Notes: generated by a model not told the origin, from the letters alone. Shown: positions 27,393 to 38,359, counted from the stretch's first letter. The stretch is DNA of 64,000 bases from an uncultured delta proteobacterium (GCA_963708295.1 CAVPSJ010000014.1:224001-288000), one strand, 5' to 3'. Translations and numbers: made by a program.

Positions 27393-29159
27393 TTAGCCAT
27401 CGATAGAATGTCTAAACTGGTTTTTCTTACTCATCAGGAGTGTTTTAAAGATTTTAAGGAAGTTCATTCGGATGAATCGAGTCGGCCACTCCAGCTCTTT
27501 TTTCTCGCAAATCGTGGACATACTGTAATGACGGAGGGCGTCACTTCCGCTTGAGACAGACTCCAAGAGCCTCTCTCGCTCTCGGGGATCCGAAACGGCC
27601 ATGATCCGGTCGATCTCCTTCATCATCCGAACGGACCCTTCCAGCCTGGCCTCAACCGATGCTGCGGTCCTCGGATCGATCAAAGCGAATTGGGCCTTGA
27701 GCCGGTTGAGCCGTTTCCCGGCCTCATAGGTGCTGTAAACGATCTCATCCCGCGTCATCCACTCCGTTTCATAGTTGAGGATGTATTTCCAACTGGGAGA
27801 CAAGGAAGCCTGTCGGTGCTCTTCCACTGTCCGATAAAGCAGACGGTACCCATATTTTTCCGGAGTTTCAAAAACGGCACTCCCGGGATCCAAGAAAGGG
27901 GCGAGGGGGGAGATGAAGGGGATCAGTTTGTTATAGGAGCGAAATCGCTCCAAGAGAGAATGACAATAATCCACCGTCTTGAGAACGGATGAATAAGTCT
28001 GTTTTGGAAGGCCGGTCATAAAGAACAGGTCAATCCGTTTCGAGCCAAGGTCGATGGCATCTTCGAGCATGTTTTCCAGCGATCGATTGTTGTAAGGCCT
28101 TCCAAAGGCCTTCCGGACTTCTTCGTCGTGAGACTCGGGAGAGATTTCGATATTGAAGTTGAGAATGGAGTCAGCAATCCTTTCCAGTTGAGCCCTCGTC
28201 GGGGGAACAAAAAATTCAAAAGCGATATGGTTCTTGATGGGCTTCCGTTTCATCTCCCGAAGAAAAGTAAACCCATATTCCTCCCCCGGCTGAAAGATGT
28301 CGCCGATGATCATGACGGGGGCAAGCAGGTGATCCGAGACGTTGAAGATATCCTGCGCCAATGATTCGGGGTTTCGGTAGGCGGGTTTTCTCCGGTTAGC
28401 GATGTTTCGAAAGGTCTGGGCAGAGCCTCCGCACGTTCTGCAAGCGTAAGTGCATCCCCGGCAGGTGAAGACCGCCGTCACGGGATAGGTATACCAATCT
28501 TTAAAAGGCTGGTACCCTGTGGGATCAACATACCTTACCACCTTCTTCATGATGTGACTGTAGTCGATCGTTATCTCATCAAGATTTTCCGGAACATGGG
28601 TGAGGGGGTTGATTTGAATCTCATGGTTCGAGTCCCGGTAGGTGAGGTTCGGAACGTTTTTGGGGTCCCCTCCTTTTTTGATGATTTGAAGGAGCTGGAC
28701 CAGGGGGACCTCCGTAGAATCTCCTCGCATCACAAAATCGATGAATGGATATTGCCGGAGAATCTCTTGGTGAAAATAAGTGGCGGAGAGCCCGCCCAGG
28801 ATGACAGGGATGTCGGGATGAAACCGTTTGATGATCTCTGCGAGGGCCAATGCTCCCTGAACATGGGCCATCCAATGGAGATCGATCCCGAAGGCCGCGG
28901 GCTTGTGTTTCCGGATGAGCCGCTCCACATCAAATGTCTCGTCCTTCAGCATCTTCATGGCCACATTGATGATCCTGACGTTGAGGCCATGGCGCTCCAA
29001 ATATTCTGAGAGGCTGGCAAATCCGATGGGATACATTTCAAAGATGGGGGTGGAGGGAACGACATCGCTGATGGGACCATGGATTCCGGGCCGCTTTCGA
29101 AAGTCGTAAAGAGAAGGAGGATGGAAAAGGATGAGATCAATAGGTGCCATCGTCATCAC
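27393..29159 (-). CDS. B12-binding domain radical SAM protein (TIGR04190-like)
   Basis: HPPSLYDFR..GPISDVVPSTPIFEMYPIG; CxxxCxxC RGCTYACRTCGG. Confidence 0.85.
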   Translation of the reverse strand: MMTMAPIDLILFHPPSLYDFRKRPGIHGPISDVVPSTPIFEMYPIGFASLSEYLERHGLNVRIINVAMKMLKDETFDVERLIRKHKPAAFGIDLHWMAHVQGALALAEIIKRFHPDIPVILGGLSATYFHQEILRQYPFIDFVMRGDSTEVPLVQLLQIIKKGGDPKNVPNLTYRDSNHEIQINPLTHVPENLDEITIDYSHIMKKVVRYVDPTGYQPFKDWYTYPVTAVFTCRGCTYACRTCGGSAQTFRNIANRRKPAYRNPESLAQDIFNVSDHLLAPVMIIGDIFQPGEEYGFTFLREMKRKPIKNHIAFEFFVPPTRAQLERIADSILNFNIEISPESHDEEVRKAFGRPYNNRSLENMLEDAIDLGSKRIDLFFMTGLPKQTYSSVLKTVDYCHSLLERFRSYNKLIPFISPLAPFLDPGSAVFETPEKYGYRLLYRTVEEHRQASLSPSWKYILNYETEWMTRDEIVYSTYEAGKRLNRLKAQFALIDPRTAASVEARLEGSVRMMKEIDRIMAVSDPRERERLLESVSSGSDALRHYSMSTICEKKELEWPTRFIRMNFLKIFKTLLMSKKNQFRHSIDG

Positions 29160-30307
29160 TTCGGAGGGGCTGGTTGATCCGTTGACTGAGTTTTTGTCTT
29201 ATAAGCTTCCATGATCTTCTTAATATCAGCATCTTCTTTCATCTGTTCCTGAAGCGAAAGGATGCGATTCGTAAACTGGTTTTTACCCCGGAACTGGTTC
29301 AGGGTGTGCTCCGACTCATCTTTGGCTTTCCGCAACTGAAGGCTTTCCGTCTCGGTGATCCCCTTCGAGTTTAATCGCTCGTTGTATCTCTTGACGTTGT
29401 TCTCCAGTGAAACTTTTGTTGCCGTGTTGTAAAAAACGGGATCATTGTTATAAAGGATGAGATCCAGTTTTCCTCCAAACATTCCTCGAGAAGCGGTCTG
29501 AAGGATAATGGCATTCTGGATGACCGGGGGGTAGGAGAGATTGATTCCGGTATGGCCACCCGAGATGACCTGGATGCCTTGGACCTTCTGGGCCAATTCC
29601 ATATCTTTCGCATAGCCAAGATGGCTCAGGAGAATGATCAGATCGGTTTTAGGTCTAAGCTCCCTGACCATGGCCTGTGCTGTTTCGACGGGTGGATGAA
29701 AACTCAATCCCTTCTTCCGGGGATCGGCAGGATTTGTAAACCAATCGGGTGAAAGAAGGCTAAACAGACCAATCCGAAGGCCGTTGACTTCTTTGATGAG
29801 AAAGGTCTGAAAAAGATTTTTGCCCGATCCTTCGTCGACCAGGTTGGAACAGAGGAACGGGAAATTGGCCTTCCTCGAAATTTCCAGCAGAAATTCCTTG
29901 CCTAAGGTTAAATCATCATCCCCAATTCCCATCGCATCGTAACCCATGAGATTGAAGCTTTCGATAATGAGGCGGGCCTTTTCGGCCATTGCCGGCAACT
30001 CGTTTTCTGGAACGGGATTCAGATATTTCTTAAAGAGAAGATCACCCGCATCAGAGACGAGTATTCCCTTTTCACTTACCCGTAAATCCTTTACCCATGC
30101 TCCTCGTCTGGCCAGACCGCCAGCTCGATTCTTTTCCCCTCAGGACGGGCAGGAGTCAATCTCCCCATTGATATTGTTGCTGTAGACCAGGGTAAGAGTC
30201 TTCGCTGATTTTTGGGCGTGGGATGGAGAAGCATTGAACAACAAAGAGAATCCCAGGGCCAAAAGGCCGATCACAAACCATTTTCCGTTCATCATGGGTT
30301 TTTCCAT
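29156..30307 (-). CDS. UshA-like (5'-nucleotidase N-domain) secreted selenoprotein; UGA-Sec at 30140-30142
   Basis: ORFs 30140-30487 and 29156-29998 are in one frame: NGEIDSCPS-U-GEKNRAGGLARR..DAGD..GDDD..LSHLG..GGH; signal peptide; downstream hairpin. Confidence 0.85.
30108..30123 (-). promoter_or_regulatory. Putative bacterial SECIS hairpin
   Basis: CTGGC-GGTCTG-GCCAG starting 16 nt after the UGA. Confidence 0.6.
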
Positions 30308-30496
30308 AAAAATATTTATAGCCCATCCCCTCTCTGAAAACAAGTATCCCTTGACCGCTTGCCCGCCCCGGTTTTTTTCTTTTGTATCGAAGAGCGTGAT
30401 CGATCCAGTGGGAGCGAGCTTGAATCTTTTGAATGCGACCAGGGTCACATGTTGTGGCGAATCTCGTCGGTACCCATCGGCACTCACCTTTCCAGG

Positions 30497-30634
30497 TTAG
30501 GAATTACCAAGCGGATGAATTGATCCATCTGAACATTGATCGGGTCTGCGCAGGATGGCAGTCCCGCAGAATTTGAGAAACTCCCTGCGGGAAACGCCTC
30601 GTCCCCTATCCAGCCGTATTCTCTGAAAGGTCAC
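30497..30634 (-). pseudogene. Remnant resembling the Tat signal of a periplasmic [NiFe] hydrogenase small subunit
   Basis: 45-codon GTG ORF containing RGVSRREFLKFCG, then loss of similarity; divergent from hypB. Confidence 0.55.
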
Positions 30635-30708
30635 ACATCCCTTCCATTTAGAAATAGATTTCGTTATAATTCTTGACTGTATCCATTATGAAACCGAGGA
30701 GATGAGAG

Positions 30709-31383
30709 ATGAAGATCGTTAGACCGAAGGGACCTGAAATATTCGATATTGAATTGGAGAAAGATCTCCTGGCCAAAAACAGAGGGCTCGCCAAAGAGAA
30801 TCGGAAGAGGTTTGATCGTTCAAAGATATTGGCCGTTGATGTGATGGGCTCCATCGGATCGGGAAAGACTTCGTTGATCAAGGTCGTCTTGAAGAGGCTG
30901 GGAATGGGAAAGAGGGCGGCCGTCATTGCAGGGGACCTTACGACCACCATCGACGCTGAAAGAATCGAAGCGGAAGGCGCCCGTGTCATCCAGGTCAATA
31001 CCGGGAAGGAATGTCATCTCGATGCCCACCTGATTCACCAGGCCGTCGATCGGATGAAATTGGATGGCGTGGACGTCCTTTTCATTGAGAATGTGGGAAA
31101 TCTGATCTGTCCGGGAGAATTTCCTCTGGGCGCCCATAAGAGGCTGGTGGTGACCTCCGTGACCGAAGGGCCTTACACCGTCGTCAAACATCCCTATATC
31201 TTCAGAGAGGCGGATGTGATCGTTCTCAATAAAATGGACATGGCTAAACCCATGAGAGTAAGTCTTTCCAAACTGGAAAGGGATGCCCGGCAGATCAACC
31301 CGCGGGCCTTTTTGATCAAGACCAATGCGCTGAGTGGAAGGGGTATTCCTAAAGTCATTGAAGCTCTCGGGCTGAAACGCTAG
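30709..31383 (+). CDS. hypB: Hydrogenase nickel incorporation GTPase
   Basis: GSGKTSL, TGKECHLDA, IENVGNLICP, NKMD. Confidence 0.94.
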   Translation: MKIVRPKGPEIFDIELEKDLLAKNRGLAKENRKRFDRSKILAVDVMGSIGSGKTSLIKVVLKRLGMGKRAAVIAGDLTTTIDAERIEAEGARVIQVNTGKECHLDAHLIHQAVDRMKLDGVDVLFIENVGNLICPGEFPLGAHKRLVVTSVTEGPYTVVKHPYIFREADVIVLNKMDMAKPMRVSLSKLERDARQINPRAFLIKTNALSGRGIPKVIEALGLKR

Positions 31384-31492
31384 GAGTGTACCCCATAAAT
31401 AGAACGATGTCTGAAAATGATTATTTCCAGCAAGAAAGGCTATCCAAGTGCTTTTTGAGATATAGCGTTATTTCTGCGGTACACCCCTAGCC

Positions 31493-31865
31493 ATGCACGA
31501 ATTCTCCATCTCCGACGAAATCGTAAAAAATGTCCTGGGCGCCGTAAAAGAGAACAATGGCAAAAAGGTTCTCTCCATCCAGCTTAGAGATCGGAGAGTT
31601 GGCGCTTCTCAATGTGGAGCAGGTTACGTTCTGGATTCGAGAGATGTTCAAGGGATCGGTTGCCGAGGGAGCAAAAGTCAAAGTTAGAACGATCAAGGCT
31701 CGCATCAAATGTGAATCCTGCGGATACCGGGGGGGAATGAATCTGGATCAACGAGACCCTTTCCGACACGCTATTCCTTATTCCTGTCCGAAATGCCAGT
31801 CGTTCCAGATCGACGTCGAAAAGGGACGGGAGTGTCATCTCAAAAAAATTCAGGTACTCCGATAA
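31493..31865 (+). CDS. hypA: Hydrogenase nickel metallochaperone (frameshift near 31585)
   Basis: MHEFSI..; CESCG and CPKC zinc motifs, GRE in the shifted frame. Confidence 0.88.
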
Positions 31866-32072
31866 GGCTGGAGAAAAACCCATTTCATGTCCTCCATAGA
31901 TTTTTCACTCCTCAGGGATCGAGAGGGGTTTTCCTCTCGCGTGATGGAAGCTTTGGCACGGGAGCCCGTCCGTTCCGGATCAGCGACGGGTGATCCGCAG
32001 GCGGCTGGCCTCAAATACCTCTCCGGAAAGAATAAGTCTTGAGAGGCCATCCGGCTCCTTCATCGATACCCC

Positions 32073-32564
32073 TTACGGAGTCAGGTTAAGGCGATCCATG
32101 ATGACACGGACGATGATTTTGGGAGTTGCGGAGATGTCCACTGTCAAACCCTCCGTTGGCTCTTCAAGAGTATCTAATTGACTTCTTAGCAAATTCTTAT
32201 CCATATAAGGATGCTGGCGCTCTTCAATCCGTGCGCGCAGCAATTCATAGGAGCCTTTTAAATAGACCGTTTTCACCGTATTCTGGTTTACGCCGAGGAG
32301 TTCCCGGTAGGCCTGCTTCAGAGCCGAACAAGCCAGGACCGAATTTTTTTTATCTTTCAGCCAGAGCTGTATGTTCGAATGCAATCTTTCCAGCCAGGCC
32401 TTGCGATCCTCATCGGTTAAAGCAATCCCGGCCCGCATCTTTTCAACATTTTTTTGAGGGTGAAAATCATCCCCATCGTAAAAAGACCAGTCGAGCTTCT
32501 CGGCCAGCATTTTCCCGATGGTTGTCTTGCCACACCCCATCGGCCCCATCAGGATGAGTACCAT
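32073..32564 (-). CDS. gntK: Gluconokinase
   Basis: MGPMGCGKTT, DGDDFHP..NVEKM..LTDEDR, ACSALK, SQLDTLEEP. Confidence 0.92.
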   Translation of the reverse strand: MVLILMGPMGCGKTTIGKMLAEKLDWSFYDGDDFHPQKNVEKMRAGIALTDEDRKAWLERLHSNIQLWLKDKKNSVLACSALKQAYRELLGVNQNTVKTVYLKGSYELLRARIEERQHPYMDKNLLRSQLDTLEEPTEGLTVDISATPKIIVRVIMDRLNLTP

Positions 32565-32685
32565 GTCGTCTTCCTCTACACGATACGGATATGGGTGAAT
32601 CCCAAATCAATCGCCATCCGGAGTACCGCGAAGGTGGGATTTGCCCATGTCCGTCTATGGGAACTGGAAGGTAGATCCTATCCAT

Positions 32686-33915
32686 TCATTCCTTATCCAG
32701 TCGGTAAAGAATCTCACCGGCGTGGTCGACATAGAGGATGCCCTCATCCTCCTTTCCCATGTAATCCGCAATCCTGATCTCAGCCGGGTTCATATAGCCC
32801 AAGTTGATCTGCTCGCATTTTTCTTTTGGAATCGCAGTCGCCAGTACGACTTGAATGCGGGGTTTTTCAATGCCGTTTTGGTAGATGCCGGTCCCGCACA
32901 CATGGGTGGAATGGGCGAGAACGCCTCTCGGAACATCTCCGAAATTTTCCATCTGAGACAAAAAGTAGTCCCGCACGTGGTATCCTATTTTTTCAATATA
33001 ATCCCCCCAGGTACTGGAAACCCTGTCAATATGCGGCGCATAGATAATGAGTTTGCCACCGTCGGCGACCACCTGTTCGAGCTTGTACATCACTTTCCCG
33101 CCTGTCCAGATCTCATCATACATTTCGGGCGCTTTGCCCAATACCGTCCGATAGGGTCTCTGCTTGACCACGATGTGAACTTTCGAGGACACCTCCGCAG
33201 CCGCAGACCATGCCTCTTTCACATCCCCGGCAAAAAAACCGTACAGTCCGCCACCTGGCTTCACCACCATGGCCAAACAATGAATGGGCAAGTTGATCTT
33301 TTCCATCGCCTTATGGATCACCTGCCGGACCGGGGTTTCTTTCTTCCCGATGATCTCTTTGCAGGTCATCACCGCGGACAGCCAGTGGAAAAAATGTAAT
33401 AGTTCGCCGCCAGAAATGCCCGGAAACAGGTATTTTGCGCCTCCGGAGAATCCAACGACTTCATGAGGGAAAACCGGACCCAGAATGAGGATCAGGTCAT
33501 AGGCATAGATCTTTCTGTTGATTTCGATCGGAACCTTTTCTTTCAGGAGTCCGCCGGAAATTCGTTCAACCTCTTCCTCGGACAGATGTCCAATCTGGAG
33601 AAAGGTTTCCGGCAAATCCCAGCGGTGGCAAAAAAAATTGCACCGCGCAAACTTCTCCTTCCGGGATAGAGCGGTGATCCCATAAAGGCCTAGAATCTTC
33701 TCTTCGGACAACGGCGGATGGGTTCCCACGGCTACCATGAAATCCAATTCGGCAGCCCGCCCTCCGATCACCTCCCGGATAGCACGAACCATCATCGGCA
33801 GCGGGCAACTCCTGGTCGCATCCGGCGTTAATACCAGGACACGTTTGTTTTCATACAGGGTGGCGGGTGTTCCGCATTCGATCATTTCCTTGACCTTTTC
33901 TTCTGAAAAGGACAC
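32686..33915 (-). CDS. LarA-family (nickel-pincer) racemase/epimerase
   Basis: PDATR, AVGTH, FPHEVVGFSGGAK; GTG start with GGAGGG RBS. Confidence 0.82.
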   Translation of the reverse strand: MSFSEEKVKEMIECGTPATLYENKRVLVLTPDATRSCPLPMMVRAIREVIGGRAAELDFMVAVGTHPPLSEEKILGLYGITALSRKEKFARCNFFCHRWDLPETFLQIGHLSEEEVERISGGLLKEKVPIEINRKIYAYDLILILGPVFPHEVVGFSGGAKYLFPGISGGELLHFFHWLSAVMTCKEIIGKKETPVRQVIHKAMEKINLPIHCLAMVVKPGGGLYGFFAGDVKEAWSAAAEVSSKVHIVVKQRPYRTVLGKAPEMYDEIWTGGKVMYKLEQVVADGGKLIIYAPHIDRVSSTWGDYIEKIGYHVRDYFLSQMENFGDVPRGVLAHSTHVCGTGIYQNGIEKPRIQVVLATAIPKEKCEQINLGYMNPAEIRIADYMGKEDEGILYVDHAGEILYRLDKE

Positions 33916-33938
33916 GGCGAAGCCCTCCTTTCTCAGGG

Positions 33939-34751
33939 TCAGTCTTTCAAAGCCCCCATGGTCAGTCCTTGAACAATGGTTCTCCGCACGAAGAATGCAA
34001 ATAAGGAAACCGGCAGAACGATCAGGGTCGCCGCGGCACCGATGCCGGCCCAGTCGATCTTTCCGTAGGAGATGAAATTGTATACCGCCACCGGCACGGT
34101 TTTGGTCTTCGGGCCGGAGAGGATGAGCGAAAAGAGAAACTGGTTCCACGAAAAAATAAACGACAGTATTGCCGAAGTGGCAATGCCGTTTCGCACCAGG
34201 GGCAGCACGATGATGAGGAAACTTTGCAAGCGGGAACACCCGTCGATCATGGCCGCATCTTCTAGTTCCTCCGGCATCCCCTCAAAGAAGGAGACCATCA
34301 GCCAGATCACCATGGGCAGGGTGATGATCAGATGGGTGATGGTCAGGGCCGTGTACGTGTCGATGAGCTTCAGGTGACGGAAGATGATGTACCAGGGAAG
34401 GAGGTAGCTCACAAACGGCGTCATCCTGGCGACCAGGATGAGGATACCGATCTTTCCCTGCCGGTATTTGGCGATAGAATAGGCTGCCGGCAGCCCCAAC
34501 ACCAGTGAAACACCTGTGGCCAGACCGGCGACGATGAGACTGTTCATCAGGTATCTGAAAAAATTGTACTGTTGAAAGACCGCCCTGAAGTTTTCCAGTG
34601 TGGGCACAAAAATGAACTCCGGTGGATAGGAGATGTTTTGCACCCCGGTCTTGAGCCCGGTCAGGATCATCCAAACGAAGACGAACACGGGCGGCAAACA
34701 CAAGGCGACGGCCCCTGCATAGAAAAGAATTGATTTAAAGGTCTTCACCAT
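33939..34751 (-). CDS. Carbohydrate ABC transporter permease
   Basis: EAA loop ELEDAAMIDG; FSWNQF; TM helices. Confidence 0.92.
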   Translation of the reverse strand: MVKTFKSILFYAGAVALCLPPVFVFVWMILTGLKTGVQNISYPPEFIFVPTLENFRAVFQQYNFFRYLMNSLIVAGLATGVSLVLGLPAAYSIAKYRQGKIGILILVARMTPFVSYLLPWYIIFRHLKLIDTYTALTITHLIITLPMVIWLMVSFFEGMPEELEDAAMIDGCSRLQSFLIIVLPLVRNGIATSAILSFIFSWNQFLFSLILSGPKTKTVPVAVYNFISYGKIDWAGIGAAATLIVLPVSLFAFFVRRTIVQGLTMGALKD

Positions 34752-34810
34752 TTGAGTTCCAGTGACCCTCTCTCATGGATCAGCGCTTCGATTGCAGAGC
34801 CCTGCCCCGC

Positions 34811-35704
34811 TTAGACCTCCTGCGCTCTGAGACGCATCCGGTTCATGACCACGTTGAACGCGAGGACAATCAAAAAGACGACCACCATGAGGGCCGAGCC
34901 GTACCCGGCCTTGAAGAAGCTGAACCCGACATTGTAGGAATAGAGATAGAGCGTCTCTGAAGCGATGCCCGGTCCCCCTTGGGTGATGGTGTAGATCATG
35001 TCGAACTCCTTCAAGTTGTCCAAAGACCTTAGCATGAGTGCTGCAATCAGCACTGGCCAGATCAGGGGCAGGGTGATGTGCCAGAAAATCTGAAACGTGT
35101 TGGCACCGTCGATTCGCGCGGCCTCATAGGGATCATGGGGCAGGGATTTGAGCCCTGCCAGCACGATCAGGGTGATCATGGGCGTCCATTTCCACACGTC
35201 CACCATGACCAGGGCGGGAATCACGGTCGTCGGGCTGCTAACCCAAAGGCTTCCGGGGAGGCCGACGCTTCTCAGCAGGTAATTCATGACCCCGATTTCG
35301 GGGTTCAGCATGATCCGCCAGATCAATGCGACAGCCACGGGCGTGGCCGCAAACGGAAAAATATAAATTGCTTGGACGATCTCGCTGCCCTTAAATTCAC
35401 GATTGAAATAGACCGCGATAAGAAGTCCCAACACCAGCTCGAGGGAAAGGCTCAGGCCGCTGAAATAGACCATCACTTTCACGCCGTTTAAAACGCGCTC
35501 ATCGGAGAAAAGTTCGACGAAATTTCCGAGACCGATAAATCGCGGCTGCCCCAGCCCGATGGTCCATTTGGTGAAAGTAAGATAAAGGTTATACGCGATG
35601 GGAATGATGACGATGAAAAAGATCGCGATCACTGCCGGCGCCGGGTAGACAAGCGCCTGGTGCCGGTCCATGAACCGGCTGAGTGTGCTGGGGGCTGTCT
35701 TCAT
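34811..35704 (-). CDS. Carbohydrate ABC transporter permease
   Basis: FIGLGNF, DVWKWTP, YEAARIDGA. Confidence 0.92.
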   Translation of the reverse strand: MKTAPSTLSRFMDRHQALVYPAPAVIAIFFIVIIPIAYNLYLTFTKWTIGLGQPRFIGLGNFVELFSDERVLNGVKVMVYFSGLSLSLELVLGLLIAVYFNREFKGSEIVQAIYIFPFAATPVAVALIWRIMLNPEIGVMNYLLRSVGLPGSLWVSSPTTVIPALVMVDVWKWTPMITLIVLAGLKSLPHDPYEAARIDGANTFQIFWHITLPLIWPVLIAALMLRSLDNLKEFDMIYTITQGGPGIASETLYLYSYNVGFSFFKAGYGSALMVVVFLIVLAFNVVMNRMRLRAQEV

Positions 35705-35878
35705 AACCGTATTTTTTTCCCTGATCCTGGGGGGTCGGAATCCATCCGCGGAGCGAAGGCGAACATAGTCTCACCGTTTGAAAGTGTGATATCGGATACT
35801 GCCCGCGCATCACCGGGCAGGGTCTCTCTCATGAGTCCCTTGCCCGGTTTCTAGCCGATGTGATATTCTACGGGCGGA

Positions 35879-37183
35879 CTATCGCTCCATCTTCTTATCC
35901 ATTAACTCGGCCGCTTTCTTAGCCGAAGCGGCCACATCCTTGCCTTCGATGGCGTCCACGATCACCTGGCCGGTGATATCCCGGATCTCGGGGACGTTGA
36001 TCACGGGTGGATTCCACTGAGGTTGACCGATTTCGAATGACTTCATCGTGCTCGACGTCCAGTCCGGATGGTCGTCTTTGGATTTATATTCCTTGGCGCT
36101 CCATGCCGACGCCCTTCCTGCCGGCACGCCAGCCAGGAGTGCGCCCAGACAATTATTTTTGTTGGTGGCCCATTGGATGAATAGCCAGGCTGCCTTTTGC
36201 CGCTCGGGTGTGCTGGTTTTGCTGATGGAGAGACTCCAGTTGGAAACATGGGGCAGCCTGCCCGCCGGGCCGGCCGGGATAACCGCATAACCCACCTTCC
36301 CGGCAACCTTGGACTCCTTGGGGTTTTCATACAAGGCCTTAAACACGTTGGCGTCGTAAATCATGGCAGCTTTGCCTTCCATAAACATGGACGTGCTTTC
36401 GGCCCAGTGAAGCATGGCGCCGCCCTGGGGGCCATAGTTTCTCAACAGGTCCCCGTAAAACTTAAAGGCTGCGATGTCCTGGGGCGAGGCGAAGTTCGAG
36501 TTTCCCTGGGCGGTGGTCCATGAACCGCCAAAGCTGTACAGGAAGTCGACCCACTGGGACGTCGCCGCGGACCCCTTTCCTCTCAAGGTAATACCGACCA
36601 TCTTCTTGCCCTCGATCTCCTTCCCATGGAAAAACTTCGCCGTCTGCTCCAGTTCCTTCATTGTTTGAGGGACCTTTACCTTGAGCTTTGTAAACAGATC
36701 CTTGCGATAGGCCAAAAGGGACGTCTCGGCATTGATGACGATGCCGATCAGCTTGCCATCCACCGACGAGGCCTTTGCAAAGCTTGGGAAGAAGTCCTTA
36801 AAATTCCAGTCGGCCTCGGTGAGGCCGGGGTCGGCGATGTACGCATCCATGGGCTGGAGCCATCCCGCTTTCCAGTAGTGAAGATCGTCCTGGCCCGGCA
36901 TAATCATGTAGCCATCCACCTTCCCTCCGGCATTGAGTTCGATCGTCCGTTTGTTCCGGTATTGATCCTCCGGAAAAGCTTCGATCGTCACTTTGATGCC
37001 GGTCAATTTTTCGAACTCGGACACCTTGGGTTCGATAAACGTGGTAAACGGATGCTTGTTCATCAGAAAACGGATCTCGGTGCCCTGGAGCTGCTTCCAG
37101 TTGACTGCTCCGAGGGCGATTGAAGAAAATACGCCCACACAAACCAGAGCGATCAACGATAAACATACCATTCTTCTTTTCAT
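35879..37183 (-). CDS. Sugar ABC transporter substrate-binding protein
   Basis: Signal peptide; FEKLTGIKV, YRKDLF, GKAAM, AAWLFIQW. Confidence 0.9.
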   Translation of the reverse strand: MKRRMVCLSLIALVCVGVFSSIALGAVNWKQLQGTEIRFLMNKHPFTTFIEPKVSEFEKLTGIKVTIEAFPEDQYRNKRTIELNAGGKVDGYMIMPGQDDLHYWKAGWLQPMDAYIADPGLTEADWNFKDFFPSFAKASSVDGKLIGIVINAETSLLAYRKDLFTKLKVKVPQTMKELEQTAKFFHGKEIEGKKMVGITLRGKGSAATSQWVDFLYSFGGSWTTAQGNSNFASPQDIAAFKFYGDLLRNYGPQGGAMLHWAESTSMFMEGKAAMIYDANVFKALYENPKESKVAGKVGYAVIPAGPAGRLPHVSNWSLSISKTSTPERQKAAWLFIQWATNKNNCLGALLAGVPAGRASAWSAKEYKSKDDHPDWTSSTMKSFEIGQPQWNPPVINVPEIRDITGQVIVDAIEGKDVAASAKKAAELMDKKMER

Positions 37184-37255
37184 GTTCTGCCTCCTCTTTT
37201 GAAAGTTTTGGATTCCCTCGTCAGACCGATTGTCTGCCGAGATGAATCCTTCGAT

Positions 37256-38359
37256 TTACACAATGGTTTGCGTCGTCTCCTTGTCAAAGAGATGGGTTTT
37301 TGACATCTTGAGGCCTACCTCTAATGTTTGGCCCACGGTCAACGGCCGTTCCGGGGACTCCATCCGGGCCACGATGGCATGAGGTCCGCAGGTCAGATAG
37401 ACAAAAGTTTCAGACCCGAGGGGCTCCACCACATCGGCCCGTGCCTGAAGGGTGTTTTCGTGGACGCCGACGGATAGGGAGGTGCGTTCCGCCACGTCCT
37501 CGGGCCGAACGCCGAATGTAACCTGTCTGCCGACATAGGGTTTGACTTTAGGAGAAAAGGCCTCAGGCAACCTCACCTTAAAACCAGCGGCGTCTATAAA
37601 ATAGGCGGTCCCTTCCTGGATCAGTGTGGCTTCGATAAAGTTCATGGCCGGGGAACCGATGAACCCCGCGACGAACCGGTTGGCCGGCTGCCTATAGACC
37701 TCCAGGGGCGCCCCGAATTGCTGAAGCGTGCCATTGTACATGATGAAGATCCGGTCGGCCATGGTCATAGCCTCCACCTGATCGTGGGTGACATAGAGGA
37801 TGGTGGCCCCCAATCGCTGGTGTAGTTTACTGATCTCGGCCCGCATCGCGACTCGGAGTTTGGCATCGAGGTTGGAGAGCGGCTCGTCGAACAGGAAGAC
37901 CTTTGGCTTTCGCACGATCGCTCTCCCCACGGCCACTCTCTGCCGCTGTCCTCCCGAGAGCTGTTTCGGTTTTCGGTCCAGAAGGTCATGGATGCCAAGG
38001 ATGTCGGCCGCCTCCCGCACACGCTCGTCGATTTCATCCTTGGGAAACTTCCTCATTTTCAACCCGAATCCCAGATTTTCCCCGACGTTCATGTGAGGGT
38101 AGAGAGCGTAGTTCTGAAAGACCATCGCGATGTCCCGATCCTTGGGCGCGACGTCATTCACCAGGCGGTCGCCGATAAAGATCTCGCCGGTTGTCACGGG
38201 CTCGAGACCGGCGATCATCCGGAGCGCAGTGGTCTTCCCGCATCCGGAAGGCCCCACCAGCACCGCAAACTCCCGGTCCCGGACTTCAATGCTGAGGCTG
38301 TCGACCGCCGTCACCGACTTGAATCGTTTCGTCACGTTTCTCAGGGTCACACTTGCCAC
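37256..38359 (-). CDS. Sugar ABC transporter ATP-binding protein (UgpC/MalK type)
   Basis: GPSGCGKTT, LSGGQRQR, FDEPLSNLD, TOBE C-terminus. Confidence 0.94.
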   Translation of the reverse strand: MASVTLRNVTKRFKSVTAVDSLSIEVRDREFAVLVGPSGCGKTTALRMIAGLEPVTTGEIFIGDRLVNDVAPKDRDIAMVFQNYALYPHMNVGENLGFGLKMRKFPKDEIDERVREAADILGIHDLLDRKPKQLSGGQRQRVAVGRAIVRKPKVFLFDEPLSNLDAKLRVAMRAEISKLHQRLGATILYVTHDQVEAMTMADRIFIMYNGTLQQFGAPLEVYRQPANRFVAGFIGSPAMNFIEATLIQEGTAYFIDAAGFKVRLPEAFSPKVKPYVGRQVTFGVRPEDVAERTSLSVGVHENTLQARADVVEPLGSETFVYLTCGPHAIVARMESPERPLTVGQTLEVGLKMSKTHLFDKETTQTIV

